The notes beneath the pieces were generated by a model that ran no database searches, had not been told where the DNA came from, and saw only the letters and a list, made by a program, of their open reading frames with translations. Positions 26,212 through 39,112 of a stretch of 64,000 bases of DNA are shown here, one piece after another; position 1 is the stretch's first letter, and every line of letters starts with the position of its first letter. The translations under genes were made by a program, and so were the position numbers. Source of the stretch: Macrostomum lignano (taxonomy: Eukaryota); NCBI GenBank assembly GCA_002269645.1, contig NIVC01001646.1, positions 71,187 to 135,186 on the forward strand, written 5' to 3'.

Positions 26212-26948
26212 CAGTCAGTCAGTCAGTCAGTCAGTCAGTCAGTCAGTCAGTCAGTCAGTCAGTCAGTCAGTCAGTCAGTCAGTCAGTCAGTCAGTCAGTC
26301 AGTCAGTCAGTCAGTCAGTCAGTCAGTCAGTCAGTCAGTCAGTCAGTCAGTCAGTCAGTCAGTCAGTCAGTCAGTCAGTCAGTCAGTCAGTCAGTCAGTC
26401 AGTCAGTCAGTCAGTCAGTCAGTCAGTCAGTCAGTCAGTCAGTCAGTCAGTCAGTCAGTCAGTCAGTCAGTCAGTCAGTCAGTCAGTCAGTCAGTCAGTC
26501 AGTCAGTCAGTCAGTCAGTCAGTCAGTCAGTCAGTCAGTCAGTCAGTCAGTCAGTCAGTCAGTCAGTCAGTCAGTCAGTCAGTCAGTCAGTCAGTCAGTC
26601 AGTCAGTCAGTCAGTCAGTCAGTCAGTCAGTCAGTCAGTCAGTCAGTCAGTCAGTCAGTCAGTCAGTCAGTCAGTCAGTCAGTCAGTCAGTCAGTCAGTC
26701 AGTCAGTCAGTCAGTCAGTCAGTCAGTCAGTCAGTCAGTCAGTCAGTCAGTCAGTCAGTCAGTCAGTCAGTCAGTCAGTCAGTCAGTCAGTCAGTCAGTC
26801 AGTCAGTCAGTCAGTCAGTCAGTCAGTCAGTCAGTCAGTCAGTCAGTCAGTCAGTCAGTCAGTCAGTCAGTCAGTCAGTCAGTCAGTCAGTCAGTCAGTC
26901 AGTCAGTCAGTCAGTCAGTCAGTCAGTCAGTCAGTCATTCAGTCAGTC
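26212..26948. repeat. (CAGT)n tetranucleotide microsatellite, about 184 copies
   Basis: Near-perfect run, one interruption at about 26938. Confidence 0.98.
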
Positions 26949-27778
26949 GATTTTTCGACTGTTTTTTCGATTTTTCAAAACTCGTTTTTTTCAATTTTTT
27001 TCGAGTAGCTTGTGACTTTAGCGTTTTTATGCTTCAGTTGTTTATGTCTAAAATGACCTTATGTTTTTACTTACAGTAACAGCATAAGAATGTTTTAATA
27101 TAGGGAATTGGCCAGCTCAAATATGTTACAAAATAAACTTTTGTAGACCACGAAGAGACTTGTTTACGGGCAAAGGAAGCTTCATATCATTTTTTCGTCC
27201 ACTTTTACGAGTATTTAGCTTCTGAAGTGTCAGAGATAGCGCGACTCGGTGGGCAGTGTAAGCCAGACATTTGTGTATTAGTAGGAGTAATCTATCTGAA
27301 CTTAAAGCAAGAAAGAGATAAAGTCTGTTACAACTAAACATAGGATGTTTTGACTCATGAAATTAAATTTCTTCTATTAGTTGCACTTCTTTGGAGCTTA
27401 TAGTTACATAAAGGGTATGTAAACATCAAAACATCAAGTTACTGAATTATTCATGGACGTGAGTCGTGAGTTCGAAATAACTTTCAGGCAGTATGAGAAT
27501 CGTTGCTCAGAGATTGCTAAAATACAAATACCAATGCAAGTTTGTTGACTATTTTGTCCGTAGCGGATTTAGGGACGCGCAAAGGGCGTTCCTTGCGTTC
27601 GAGTTTGATATTTTATTTTTATATGGGTATTTACATTTCATATGAGTAAATACAGGGGGCGTCGCCATGGATTTTATGGTGGGACAAAACCAAGAAATCA
27701 ACATGTTTTGTATGTAGACATGTAACTCGTACATGACTAAATTCCTACGTTTCCATTATTTTGATAATTGTGTTGTCA

Positions 27779-28050
27779 GCGCTCATTTCGGCGCCGCAGG
27801 CACTCATTTTGGCGCCGCAGACACTCATTTTGGCGCCGCAGGCACTCATTTTGGCGCCGCAGACACTCATTTTGGCGCCGCAGGCACTCATTTTAGCGCT
27901 GCAGGCACTCATTATAGCGCTGCAGGCACTCATTATAGCGCTGCAGGCACTCATTTTGGCGCCAAAGGCACTCATTATGGCGCCGCAGGCACTCATTATG
28001 GCACCGCAGGCACTCATTTTGGCGCCGAAGGCGCTATATTTTGGCGCCCT
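27779..28050. repeat. 21-bp minisatellite (GGCACTCATTTTGGCGCCGCA)
   Basis: About 12 copies. Confidence 0.93.
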
Positions 28051-28960
28051 GAAGAAAAAATATTGTTGTCACAACGGGCCACAAGGTGGGGTGGGGGGGC
28101 AAAGCATTAGCATGTCCACTCCATAGCTTTTACTGGGGGGGACGTGTCGGAGGTGACGCGCCTTGGTAAAAAATCAAAAACAAAGATAACTTGTAATCTG
28201 CGCCACCCCGTTCACAATTTTCTGGGTCCACGCCTGTTCTCTGTGTAGTTTTTTATTTTTTGGTATAGGCATAAGCAGAACGGAGATGGTATAAAGGCTT
28301 GTGACAGTTCCCATAACCGCTTTTAGCCTGTTTTGATATACCTTTGTACTCGTATGCTAGTTAGTGTACGCTATGGCCGCGTATGTACACTGTTCCCCCC
28401 GCTAGTCCCAGGTCCACGCGGGCTAAAAATAGACGCAGCGTACATACCGGGCTGAAAAATTGGCAAGGACGGCCCAAAATGAGGGGGAGGGGTTGCCGGC
28501 TGAACGGCAAGGGTTTTTCTAGACTAGAGGGAAGGCCGCACTCGGATTGGACAACAACTGCACAGCTAAACTGCACAGTTTATAAAACTGCCCTCCATTC
28601 GTTCCCGCATTCATTCTTGCAAGTCGACTAGTTAGGTAGCTAGCTAGCTCTCCTTTTAGACTAAGCGATAGTAAGCTACTACTAGACGGCTTACGATAAT
28701 TCACATGGCCAGCGTTAGGCTAAAACAATAAAGAAATGACCACTCTACTGTTACACGTCTCCAAGCAGAGGAGATCAACCAAGCAGCAGCAGTCGCAGCA
28801 GCAGAGCAAAGGAAACAGACGACCATACAGTTCTACTACGCCAATTGGCCGAATACGACAACCGGGATTAGCGGCATTTGCGCACTACTTTGCTTTCTCT
28901 AGAGTAGCCCTAGGCAGGTACACGCCTGCTTTAGCCGCAGACTTGCCGTCGCAGACGACC

Positions 28961-31900
28961 ATGTCAGCAGTTGACACGCAAGCTGCTCCAGCCTTGAACT
29001 GTTTCCGTCAGCTTCCACATCAGCAGCAATGTAAAACAAAAAGCCAAAGCTATTTTAACTGTCAGAAGCAGCAGAAGCAGCAGCAACAGCTACAGAAAAA
29101 ACTGGGTGAGTCTAGGAATAACAAAATGAACCTATACTATATATTGTTGTCTATTCTTAGCTGTACCTTTTAGCTGTACCCTATATGTGTATGTATGAAT
29201 TGAAGTATCAAGTATTTGTAATATAACAATATAGGACATCATTTTATGTAATCTATACCTATAAAATGAAAATGCTATCTTACAGTTATATAGTTATATA
29301 GTTATATATAGAAATTAGAATGCTACTAGTATTAGGCTAAGTCTGTTTTTTCAAGGCACAAAATAAAAATATACTTGATGTACTTATTATATAATAAATG
29401 ATACTATTTTACATATAGCTTTTATATAGTTTTGAAAAAGTTATTGCAAAGCATTCAAACAAATATAGCTGTCTATTTAATAATTTTTAATGATTTGATA
29501 TTCAGCAATTTTTTATAAAGTAAGAACCTATATTTAAGGGTCCATATTAAATTTATTTAAAATAATAATAATGTCAGATTTGGCATCAAGCCAAACTTAC
29601 TTACTTTAGAAGACTTTAATTGAAATGAAAGTTTAAAAAAATATGCCTAGAAAAATTCCATATAAGCATTTTTATAGTAAGTTTTTGCCAATGATCTATA
29701 TTATCTAAAGTACATATGGTTCTTTTGAATTCCTTTAAGGCTTTACATGTACTTTATCCTTAACAGGTTCCATTGCCAGGAGCTACTCAGATCCCGATCT
29801 GCCTAGCAGCAATTCTGCTGCACAATTCAACTACAAAGACTCTCCTTTGTCATCAAGTTTGAAGTCGCCTCTAGATTATTCCATGGAGTCGCCCAACTAT
29901 GTCGCAGTTTTCAAAGTCGATTGCGAGAACCAATCGACAGGACTGGCGCCGCCTTTGATGTTCCGGCACAGTTTCGACTGCCTGCTGGACCTGCTGAATG
30001 GCCACGGTGAGCGCGACGGCGAGGGCGACGGCGAAGGTAGAGGCAACGGCGAGGTTGAGGCTGAACCGCAACCAGCGCCAGCGGCCGCCGCCGAAGCCAC
30101 CACCGCCGAAGCCACCGCCGCCGAAGCCACCGCCGCCGACGTCCTGACGGTGGCGGGGGGGCCGCCGCTTCACAAGGCTGTCTCCGACTCTATTGGCAAG
30201 TCGATGAAAAAGCGAGTCATCTTTGCCGACGATGCTGGCAAACCGCTGCAGCAGGTCCGCGTGTTCAGCGAGCCCAGCTGGGCCCCGCCAAAGTTTCTGT
30301 CCATCAGTGAGTGCTGAAATGCCGACTTTGTACAGGCTGTTTCCCTCAGGCTGTTCACTGGCCTGTTTACCTCCCTCAGGCTGTTCACTGGGCTGTTTCC
30401 CTCAGGCTGTTCACTGGGCTGTTTCCCTCAGGCTGTTCACTGGGCTGTTTACCTCCCTCAGGCTGTTCACTGGGCTGTTTCCCTCAGGCTGTTCACTGGC
30501 CTGTTTACCTCCCTCAGGCTGTTCACTGGGCTGTTTACCTCCCTCAGGCTGTTCACTGGGCTGTTTCCCTCAGGCTGTTCACTGGCCTGTTTACCTCCCT
30601 CAGGCTGTTCACTGGCCTGTTTCCCTCAGGCTGTTCACTGGCCTGTTTCCCTCAGGCTGTTCACTGGCCTGTTTCCCTCAGGCTGTTCACTGGCCTGTTT
30701 CCCTCAGGCTGTTCACTGGCCTGTTTCCCTCAGGCTGTTCACTGGCCTGTTTACCTCCCTCAGGCTGTTCACTGGGCTGTTTACCTCCCTCAGGCTGTTC
30801 ACTGGCCTGTTTCCCTCAGGCTGTTCACTGGCCTGTTTCCCTCAGGCTGTTCACTGGCCTGTTTCCCTCAGGCTGTTCACTGGCCTGTTTCCCTCAGGCT
30901 GTTCACTGGCCTGTTTCCCTCAGGCTGTTCACTGGCCTGTTTCCCTCAGGCTGTTCACTGGGCTGTTCCCCTCCCTCAGGTTGTTCACTGGCCTGTTTAC
31001 CTCCCTCAGGCTGTTCACTGGCCTGTTTCCCTCCCTCAGGCTGTTCACTGGCCTGTTTCCCTCAGGCTGTTCACTGGCCTGTTTCCCTCAGGCTGTTCAC
31101 TGGGCTGTTCCCCTCCCTCAGGTTGTTCACTGGCCTGTTTACCTCCCTCAGGCTGTTCACTGGCCTGTTTCCCTCCCTCAGGCTGTTCACTGGCCTGTTT
31201 CCCTCCCTCAGGTTGTTCACTGGCCTGTTTCCCTCCCTCAGGTTGTTCACTGGCCTGTTTCCCTCCCTCAGGTTGTTCACTGGCCTGTTTCCCTCCCTCA
31301 GGTTGTTCACTGGCCTGTTTCCCTCCCTCAGGTTGTTCACTGGCCTGTTTACCTCCCTCAGGCTGTTCACTGGGCTGTTTACCTCCCTCAGGTTGTTCAC
31401 TGGCCTGTTTACCTCCCTCAGGCTGTTCACTGGCCTGTTTACCTCCCTCAGGTTGCTCACTGGGCTGTTTCCCTCAGGCTGTTCACTGGGCTGTTTACCT
31501 CCCTCAGGTTGTTCACTGGGCTGTTTCTCTCAGGCTGTTCACTGGGCTGTTTACCTCCCTCAGGTTGTTCACTGGGCTGTTTCCCTCAGGCTGTTCACTG
31601 GGCTGTTTACCTCCCTCAGGTTGTTCACTGGGCTGTTTCCCCCTCCCTCAGGTTGTTCACTAGGCTGTTTCCCCCTCCCTCAGGTTGTTCACTGGGCTGT
31701 TTCCCTCCCTCAGGTTGTTCACTGGCCTGTTTCCCTCCCTCAGGTTGTTCACTGGCCTGTTTACCTCCCTCAGGCTGTTCACTGGCCTGTTTACCTCCCT
31801 CAGGTTGCTCACTGGGCTGTTTCCCTCCCTCAGGTTGTTCACTGGCCTGTTTACCTCCCTCAGGCTGTTCACTGGGCTGTTTACCTCCCTCAGGCTGTTC

Positions 31901-34236
31901 ACTGGGCTGTTTACCTCCCTCAGGTTGTTCACTGGGCTGTTTCCCTCAGGCTGTTCACTGGGCTGTTTACCTCCCTCAGGTTGTTCACTGGGCTGTTTCC
32001 CTCAGGCTGTTCACTGGGCTGTTTACCTCCCTCAGGTTGTTCACTGGGCTGTTTCCCCCTCCCTCAGGTTGTTCACTAGGCTGTTTCCCCCTCCCTCAGG
32101 TTGTTCACTGGGCTGTTTCCCTCCCTCAGGTTGTTCACTGGCCTGTTTCCCTCCCTCAGGTTGTTCACTGGCCTGTTTACCTCCCTCAGGCTGTTCACTG
32201 GCCTGTTTACCTCCCTCAGGTTGCTCACTGGGCTGTTTCCCTCCCTCAGGTTGTTCACTGGCCTGTTTACCTCCCTCAGGCTGTTCACTGGGCTGTTTAC
32301 CTCCCTCAGGCTGTTCACTGGGCTGTTTACCTCCCTCAGGTTGTTCACTGGGCTGTTTCCCCCTCCCTCAGGTTGTTCACTAGGCTGTTTCCCCCTCCCT
32401 CAGGTTGTTCACTGGGCTGTTCCCCTCCCTCAGGTTGCTCACTGGGCTGTTCCCCTCCCTCAGGTTGCTCACTGGGCTGCTTCCTTCCCTCAGGTTGTTC
32501 ACTGGCCAGTTTTCCTCAGGGTTATTCACTGGGCTGCTTCCCTCAGGGTTATTCACTGGGCTGTTTCCCTCCCTCAGGTTGTTCAATGGGATATATGGGG
32601 GTGTATGCCGAAGCTAAAAAACTCCCGGCCCCGATCTTCCCCAAATCAGGGCCACTTCCAGCCGACCCGGACGCGGCCGATGACATTGAATACAGTTCGG
32701 ACAAATCCGGCCAGTTCCGCTGCCAGTTTGCCCAACCCTCGTCAAAGTACATTCTGTTCAGAGAGAATGTGGAAAAGAATTGCGTATCGCTTAGCAATTT
32801 ATATTTTGACGGGCTGACAGCTAAAGGCTCGGTCTCGGTGAAGAATATCAGCTTCAAAAAGAGAGTCTTTGTTCGGGTGAGCTTCGATCAATGGGCGAGC
32901 TATCGCGACTTTGATGCGACTTACGCCAGCTCGCAGGACTCTCGTCAGGTGTGTCTCATTTTTCCGGATCTGGGACTGGGATCTGAAGACTGGGATCTGA
33001 GACTGGGATCTGAGACTGGGATCTGAGATTGAGATCTGAGACTGAGATCTGAGACTGGTATCTTAGACTGGGATCTGAGACTGGTATCTGAGACTGGGAT
33101 CTAAGACTGGGATCTGAGATTGAGACCTGAAGACAGGGATCTGAGACCTGAAGACAGGGATCTGAGACTGGGATCTGAGACTGGGATCTGAGACTGGGAT
33201 CTGAGACTGGGATCTGAAGACTGGGATCTGAGACTGGGATCTGAAGACTGGGATCTGAGACTGAGACCCGAGATCGTGATCTGAGACTGGTATCTGAGAC
33301 TGGGATCTAAGACTGGGATCTGAGATTGAGACCTGAAGACAGGGATCTGAGACCTGAAGACAGGGATCTGAGACTGGGATCTGAGACTGGGATCTGAAGA
33401 CTGGGATCTGAGACTGGGATCTGAAGACTGGGATCTGAGACTGAGACCCGAGATCGTGATCTGAGACTGGTATCTGAGACTGGGATCTGAAGACTGGGAT
33501 CTGAAGACTGGGATCTGAGACTGGGATCTGAAGACTGGGATCTGAAGACTGGGATCTGAGACTGGGATCTGAAGACTGGGATCTGAGACTGGGATCTGAG
33601 ACTGGGATCTTAGACTGGGATCTGAGACTGGGACCCGAAATCGGGATCTGAGACTGGGACCGGAGATCGGGATCTGAGACTTGGATCTGAGACTGAGACC
33701 CAAGATCGGGATCTGAGACTGGTGTCTGAGACTTGGATCTGAGACTGAGACCCAAGATGGGGATCTGAGACTGGTGTCTGAGACTGGGATCTGAGATTGG
33801 GATCTGAGATTAGGATCCTGAGAGTGGGATCTGAGACAGGGATCTGAGACAGGGATCTGAAAAAGTGAATTTAATAGAATTGAATCCGAGGCCGGTAGCT
33901 CAGCCAAATATCAGGAAAAGTACGCGCTACATTCATTCCTCCAGCCATCCCTATCGCCATTCCCCGCAGGACTCATTCGTGTTCAGCTTCCCCTGCCCCG
34001 CCGACTTGGAGCGCGGCTTCGAATTCTGCGTCTGCTTCGAGGCCGAAGGCCAAGCCTTCTGGGACAGCAACTTGGGCGCGAACTACAAGGTGTCGGTGGC
34101 CAAGAAATCTGCTTCGTCCAAGTCCAGCAGGCCGGCCAATGCCTACACCAGCGACTACAAGCCCAACTATTCGGGCGTCACCGACTTCTCAGAGTTCTCT
34201 GTCTGGGACCACTTTGCCGATCGGGTATACTATTGA
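28961..34236 (+). CDS. PPP1R3: Protein phosphatase 1 glycogen-targeting regulatory subunit (PPP1R3B/C-like, RVxF + CBM21). Exons 28961-29105, 29767-30306, 32578-32948, 33970-34236 (440 aa); alternative in-frame ATG at 28736
   Basis: PP1-docking motif KKRVIFADDAGKPLQQVRVF; CBM21 segments NCVSL...GSVSVKNISFKKRVFVRVSFDQW and EFCVCF...FWDSNLGANY; C-terminal ..YY*. All three junctions are GT-AG and phase-consistent (1,1,0); total 1323 nt. The exact exon-3 acceptor is ambiguous because of the repeat. Confidence 0.9.
30334..32585. repeat. 26/30/32-bp minisatellite filling PPP1R3 intron 2; the unit contains CCCTC(CCTC)AG|G
   Basis: Roughly 75-80 copies; the last copy runs into exon 3. Confidence 0.96.
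32969..33862. repeat. 13-14-bp minisatellite (GACTGGGATCTGA) in PPP1R3 intron 3
   Basis: Direct tandem copies. Confidence 0.94.
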
Positions 34237-34277
34237 TCTCTCGAGATCCTAGATTCTGCGCTCGTAATTTTTAGTGA

Positions 34278-34745
34278 TCCCAAATCCCAAATCCCATGAT
34301 CCCAGATCCCATGATGGCCCAGATCCCATAATCCCAGATCCCATGGTCCCAGATCTCGGATCACCTGATCCCAGATGCCAAAATCCCAGATCCCATAATC
34401 CCAGATCCCATAATCCCAGATCCCATAATCCCAGATCCCATAATCCCAGATCCCATAATCCCAGATCCCATAATCCCGGATCCCATAATCCCGGATCCCA
34501 TAATCCCAGAACCCATAATCCCAGATCCCATAATCCCAGATTCCATAATCCCAGATCCCATAATCCCAGATCCCATAATCCCAGATCCCATAATCCCGAA
34601 TCCAAAATCCCAAATCCCATAATCCCGGATCCCATAATCCCAGATCCCATAATCACAGATCCCATAATCCCAAATCCCATGCCTCCAGATCTTTACAATC
34701 TCGAAGCCCTTTTATCCCAGGTCCCAGCCATCCCGGATCTCAGAT
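34278..34745. repeat. 15-bp minisatellite (CCCAGATCCCATAAT) just 3' of the PPP1R3 stop
   Basis: Direct tandem copies. Confidence 0.93.
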
Positions 34746-34883
34746 CCCCATCGCGAATTCCCATCATTCGTTTTGAAGGGACCATATCTATGGTCTAACA
34801 CATGCGTTACTATGCGGATGGGTCCATTCGCATATGCATATTATCCATGCACTCATCATCCGGTGTAGCTTAGTCTCAATTAA

Positions 34884-35345
34884 AGTATTGGTTTTGTCAG
34901 CCTAACTGAGAGTGGAGCCATCCAAAGTGAGAATCCTGCCTACGCTGACTGCGAGGGGCCTGGCTGCGTGCGGCCTTGGTCTATGGGCCATAGACTATTA
35001 AGGATAAGCAAAGTGATGAAAAGCCATCCAATGTGAGAATCCTGCCTAAGCTGAATACGAAGGGCCTAGCTGCGTCCAGCCTAGTCTATGAGCCATAGAC
35101 TATAAAGGATAAGCTAGGATTGGCTAGTCATATGGCTCAGAAGCTCAGAAGGTATAAAAATAAAAGAATACGACGCATAGACCAATCGATTCTCACATTG
35201 GATGGCTTTTTATCCCTTTGCTTGTCCTTTATTGTCTATGGCCCATAGACTGGGGCTGCACGCGGCCGGGCCCTTCGCAGTCGGCGTAGGCGGGATTCTC
35301 ATTTTGGGTGGCTTTATTCTCAGTTAGGCTGACAAAAGCAATACT
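34884..35345. mobile_element. Foldback/MITE-like element: 158-bp imperfect inverted arms (34884-35041 and 35188-35345)
   Basis: AGTATTGGTTTTGTCAGCCTAACTGAGA... mirrors ...TCTCAGTTAGGCTGACAAAAGCAATACT; the inner 23 bp are perfectly complementary. No clear TSD. Confidence 0.7.
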
Positions 35346-35662
35346 AGTAGTTGTTTACTGATTCGTCCCACTCATTAACAATCAGCACCAATGCTTTCTG
35401 CTGTGATTATCAGCTTTTTACTCTTAGATTAGCGTTTTTGTCTCTTAGACTGGTTGAATTGTTTTAGCGTTGGCAGCGGAAAATCCGTGGAAAAAAAGCC
35501 GAACTAAAAGATTTCGAAGACTATATTATAGAATTAAAATATGCGATTTTGTAGACTTTCTTTTTAGTAACACTATAGCTAAAATAGTAGAATCCAGCCG
35601 TTCTTTCCTGTTACTTGTCTGTGCTTTACTACACATGTTGCATCAGTTGAAATGGCTTCTTA

Positions 35663-36236
35663 GGGCGCCAAGTAGGTGATGTCAGGAGGGCGTCAAGTAG
35701 GTGATGTCAGGAGGGCGCCAAGTAGTTGATGTCAGGAGGGCGTCAAGTAGTTGATGTCAGGAGGGCGCCAAGTAGATAAATGTCAAGAGGGTACCAAGTA
35801 GGTGATGTCAGAGAGGCGCCAAGTAGGTAATGTCAGGAGGGCGCCAAGTAGGTAATGTCAGGAGGGCGCCAAGTAGGTGACGTCAGAGAGGCGCCAAGTA
35901 GGTGATGTCAGGAGGGCGCCAAGTAGGTGATGTCAGGACGGCGCCAAGTAGGTGATGTCAGGAGGGCGCCAAGTAGGTGATGTCAAGAGGGCGCCAAGTA
36001 GGTGATGTCAGGAGGGCGCCAAGTAGGTAATATCAAGAGGGCGCCAAGTAGGTGATGTCAAGAGGGCGCCAAGTAGGTGATGTCAGGAGGGCGCCAAGTA
36101 GGTAATGTCAAGAGGGCGCCAAGTAGGTGATGTCAAGAGGGCGCCAAGTAGGTGATGTCAGGAGGGCGCCAAGTAGGTGATGTCAAGAGGGCGCCAAGTA
36201 GGTGATGTCAGGAGGGCGCCAAGTAGGTGATGTCGA
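35663..36236. repeat. 25-bp minisatellite (AAGTAGGTGATGTCAGGAGGGCGCC)
   Basis: About 23 copies. Confidence 0.95.
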
Positions 36237-38887
36237 GAGGGGCATCTCCTACCCCGGACTACTGCGCTCTGGCCTCTGAGTCATTCTGCATAGCGGTGTA
36301 GATTTTTGTCAGCAATGCATAGTAAATTTGAAGTATTTCTGTAGAAATTATGTCAAGGATTTTTGTTTTTTCATGACTTTTTCCGCGTCATTATTGCATG
36401 ATTATTGACCTGAATTGTTGATCGAATATGATGCTATTCACTGTTATTCTTGTCCCTTAAGGATAGATGTGATGGAGGATAGATGTGCAACAATTCTATT
36501 GAATTTTAACTTCCTGGCTAATAGTTTTGCACTTAAACCCCAAAAAACAGATGAAAAAATGCTTTCGTTCACCTCTTTCAAGTTAATAGTTATTAGTCTC
36601 CCAGACCTATTGACTGTCTCTTTTACATCAATATTGCGAGCAACTCAGCAAAATTTGCCTTGAGATTCATTGAGATTCCCGAATCCTGACCAACGTGGTC
36701 TGTCTCTGCTCAATCAAACAATATTTAATAATATTTTTCCCTGAGTGTTAAATTAAAGTTAAAATATAATTCGCAGAGAAATATATATTCAATAAGAATT
36801 GAATGTACCGTCTTTCGATATAAAAATGTAAGCTTTTGCTTGAGTTGTTATTATTTATTTATGTTAGCTTATTTGTTGATGTAGCTAATTACGAGCTGTA
36901 TTTTAATAACCATAATTATTGCGCGCGTCCAGACAGTATTTGATAATAACTTCGGTATGTTTATTTAAGCACACTTGGACAGTTGGGTAGTGTAGTGTAT
37001 ATACAGTGTTTGTTTTAGCTGCTGGAGACAAGAAAGGCTCTCGGTCTGGTTACATTATTTAGACTGTCATAAGATTATTTTATGCACTATTTATTAAGTT
37101 AGGCTTTTAACCAGTTAGGGCCTGCTAATTGCGTTACTTAAATCTCCTTGCCTTGTCCTCACTGCGCCGGGCACAGACAGACGGATATTTTTTATAGACT
37201 AAACTTAGAATAAAGGGCCGGCCGCCCGTTCACGCGTTAGTCTCTAATTAGTTTCGTTGACGGCTTTTAAATGTACGCTTAAAAATCTGTGTACCCCTGG
37301 AATGGGTGTGAGGGCGGGTTGGGGGAGGTGGGTACGTGTGGGGCAGGGGCAGAGTTTATCGATCGGTCCGGCGCGTAGCGGGCCTCGGAATGCAGCAGCT
37401 TCCAAAATACAATCCTGTTAATTTTGGCATGCAGTGCTAATGCCACCAGTTTAGTTACTAATAGTAACAAGCTAAAGATGGCTAAGCATTCTTTTGTTTG
37501 TATTGTAAAATAATCATTATTAAGATATAGAAATTTAATAAACTATACTGTATGCATATGCATAGCTCAAAAATAGCTCGTTCCGGTCTCAATTTGAAAG
37601 AAATGACAATTTATTTCTGCAACATCATTCAAATGACCTAATATTTTCTTTCATGCATCATATCTAAAAGATCGCATCTAGCATTGTGTAGACACATGGC
37701 CATTATAAATTGACGCAGGCTAAGATAAGACAATAACAGCTCAACGTCACGTGACGCCAGGCCTGCAAGGCCTGCTCCTCTGTAAAATATAGTCGGCCTA
37801 TTAACGAATGCCCTTGACATGCAACTTTATCTTAGGCTCATATCGTATACATGCATATTTTCTCGTGGCAAATCGGGGAAAAACTATATCGAATTACATT
37901 GCATTGTTGCAATGTTTATACGCTAGTTTTCTTTAAAAATGACCTTTACACGCACATGAACTCCGGTTAAAAACATTAATTCCAGGAACAATTAATTCAT
38001 CCCAGCAAATTCTTCCTTTCTTTTTGCTACGCTAAACGCTTCGAGTCGAAATTTAAAGGCGCAATATAAATTGCTCCTACTCTGCAGATTTATTCGTCCT
38101 AAATGCTAAAAAAGGTTGATCGACCGTTTAAACCGTCATCGAACTATCAAACAGCACGGCACGATAATATACTCGTACAAATCGAGGATACTTTTATCAA
38201 AATTGACCAGCAAAAAAGCAAAATTGCAATTGTATTTACGAGTATTTAGGGCAATGTTTTGTTTTTACATTATTTTTTCCACTCCAATTGTATTAGTAGC
38301 ACACATTGCAATAATTCTAGAAATTTCTGATTTTGCCCTAATGATAAACATATAATTCCAAATTAAGTTGAGTTCCCACCCACGTGAACTCATTCTAGAA
38401 CATTCTTTCTTCCAGAATGTGTTCCATCGAAAAAAACCTGGTTGCAATCTTTGAACACTATCTTGCGAACTATCTTACTTGTCATTAAATCAGTAATACC
38501 TAAGTATATGTTTTTCCCCACTTGTTTTATTTATTTATCGCTTACGCCCATAGATAAGTCAAACAAGCTGTGGGTAATGATGTATTTATTACTCAGTTCG
38601 TGTCAAGCAACAGAAATTCTAAAGTACTCGGGCCAATAAATAATTTTTTGGCCCGGCCAAATAAATTTCTTTCGCATCAAATAAATGCTTTTCTTTGTCT
38701 ATGACCGGGCCTAACTGGGTAATAATTAAGAACCACCGCCTACCGCCTTTACGCCTAATGTATCCCCCACTTGCCCCGGGCGAACGTCTATGGTCTCAGT
38801 GTAAATTTCATTTATTTGCATCGGTGCAAATAAACGGTTTATTTCACTGTGCAAATGCTCTTTCGATACAATAAAGATACAACAATA

Positions 38888-39112
38888 AAGCTTGTAGCTC
38901 GTAGCAGTTTTTTATTTATAAGATTGATTGTCGTAATATTTTTTTCCTTCGTTGCCTTCCCTATCAACCATAGACAACACTAGCTGTATGCTGGGTAAAA
39001 AGCCCTGAGATTAATACAAGCACTTTCTGCGTTGTCTATAGTTGATGGGGAAGGCAACGAAGGGAATTAAAGTACAACGACAATCAAGCTCATAACTAGC
39101 TGCTATAAGCTT
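38888..39112. mobile_element. Small inverted-repeat (MITE-like) element; core arms 38946-38978 and 39031-39063
   Basis: CCTTCGTTGCCTTCCCTATCAACCATAGACAAC vs GTTGTCTATAGTTGATGGGGAAGGCAACGAAGG; looser complementarity extends out to AAGCTT at both ends. Confidence 0.6.

Noticed and set aside
27654-28240. CAGGGGGCGTCGCCA start suggesting a Harbinger-type MITE around the 21-bp array
   Set aside because: No convincing matching right TIR or TSD could be found by eye.
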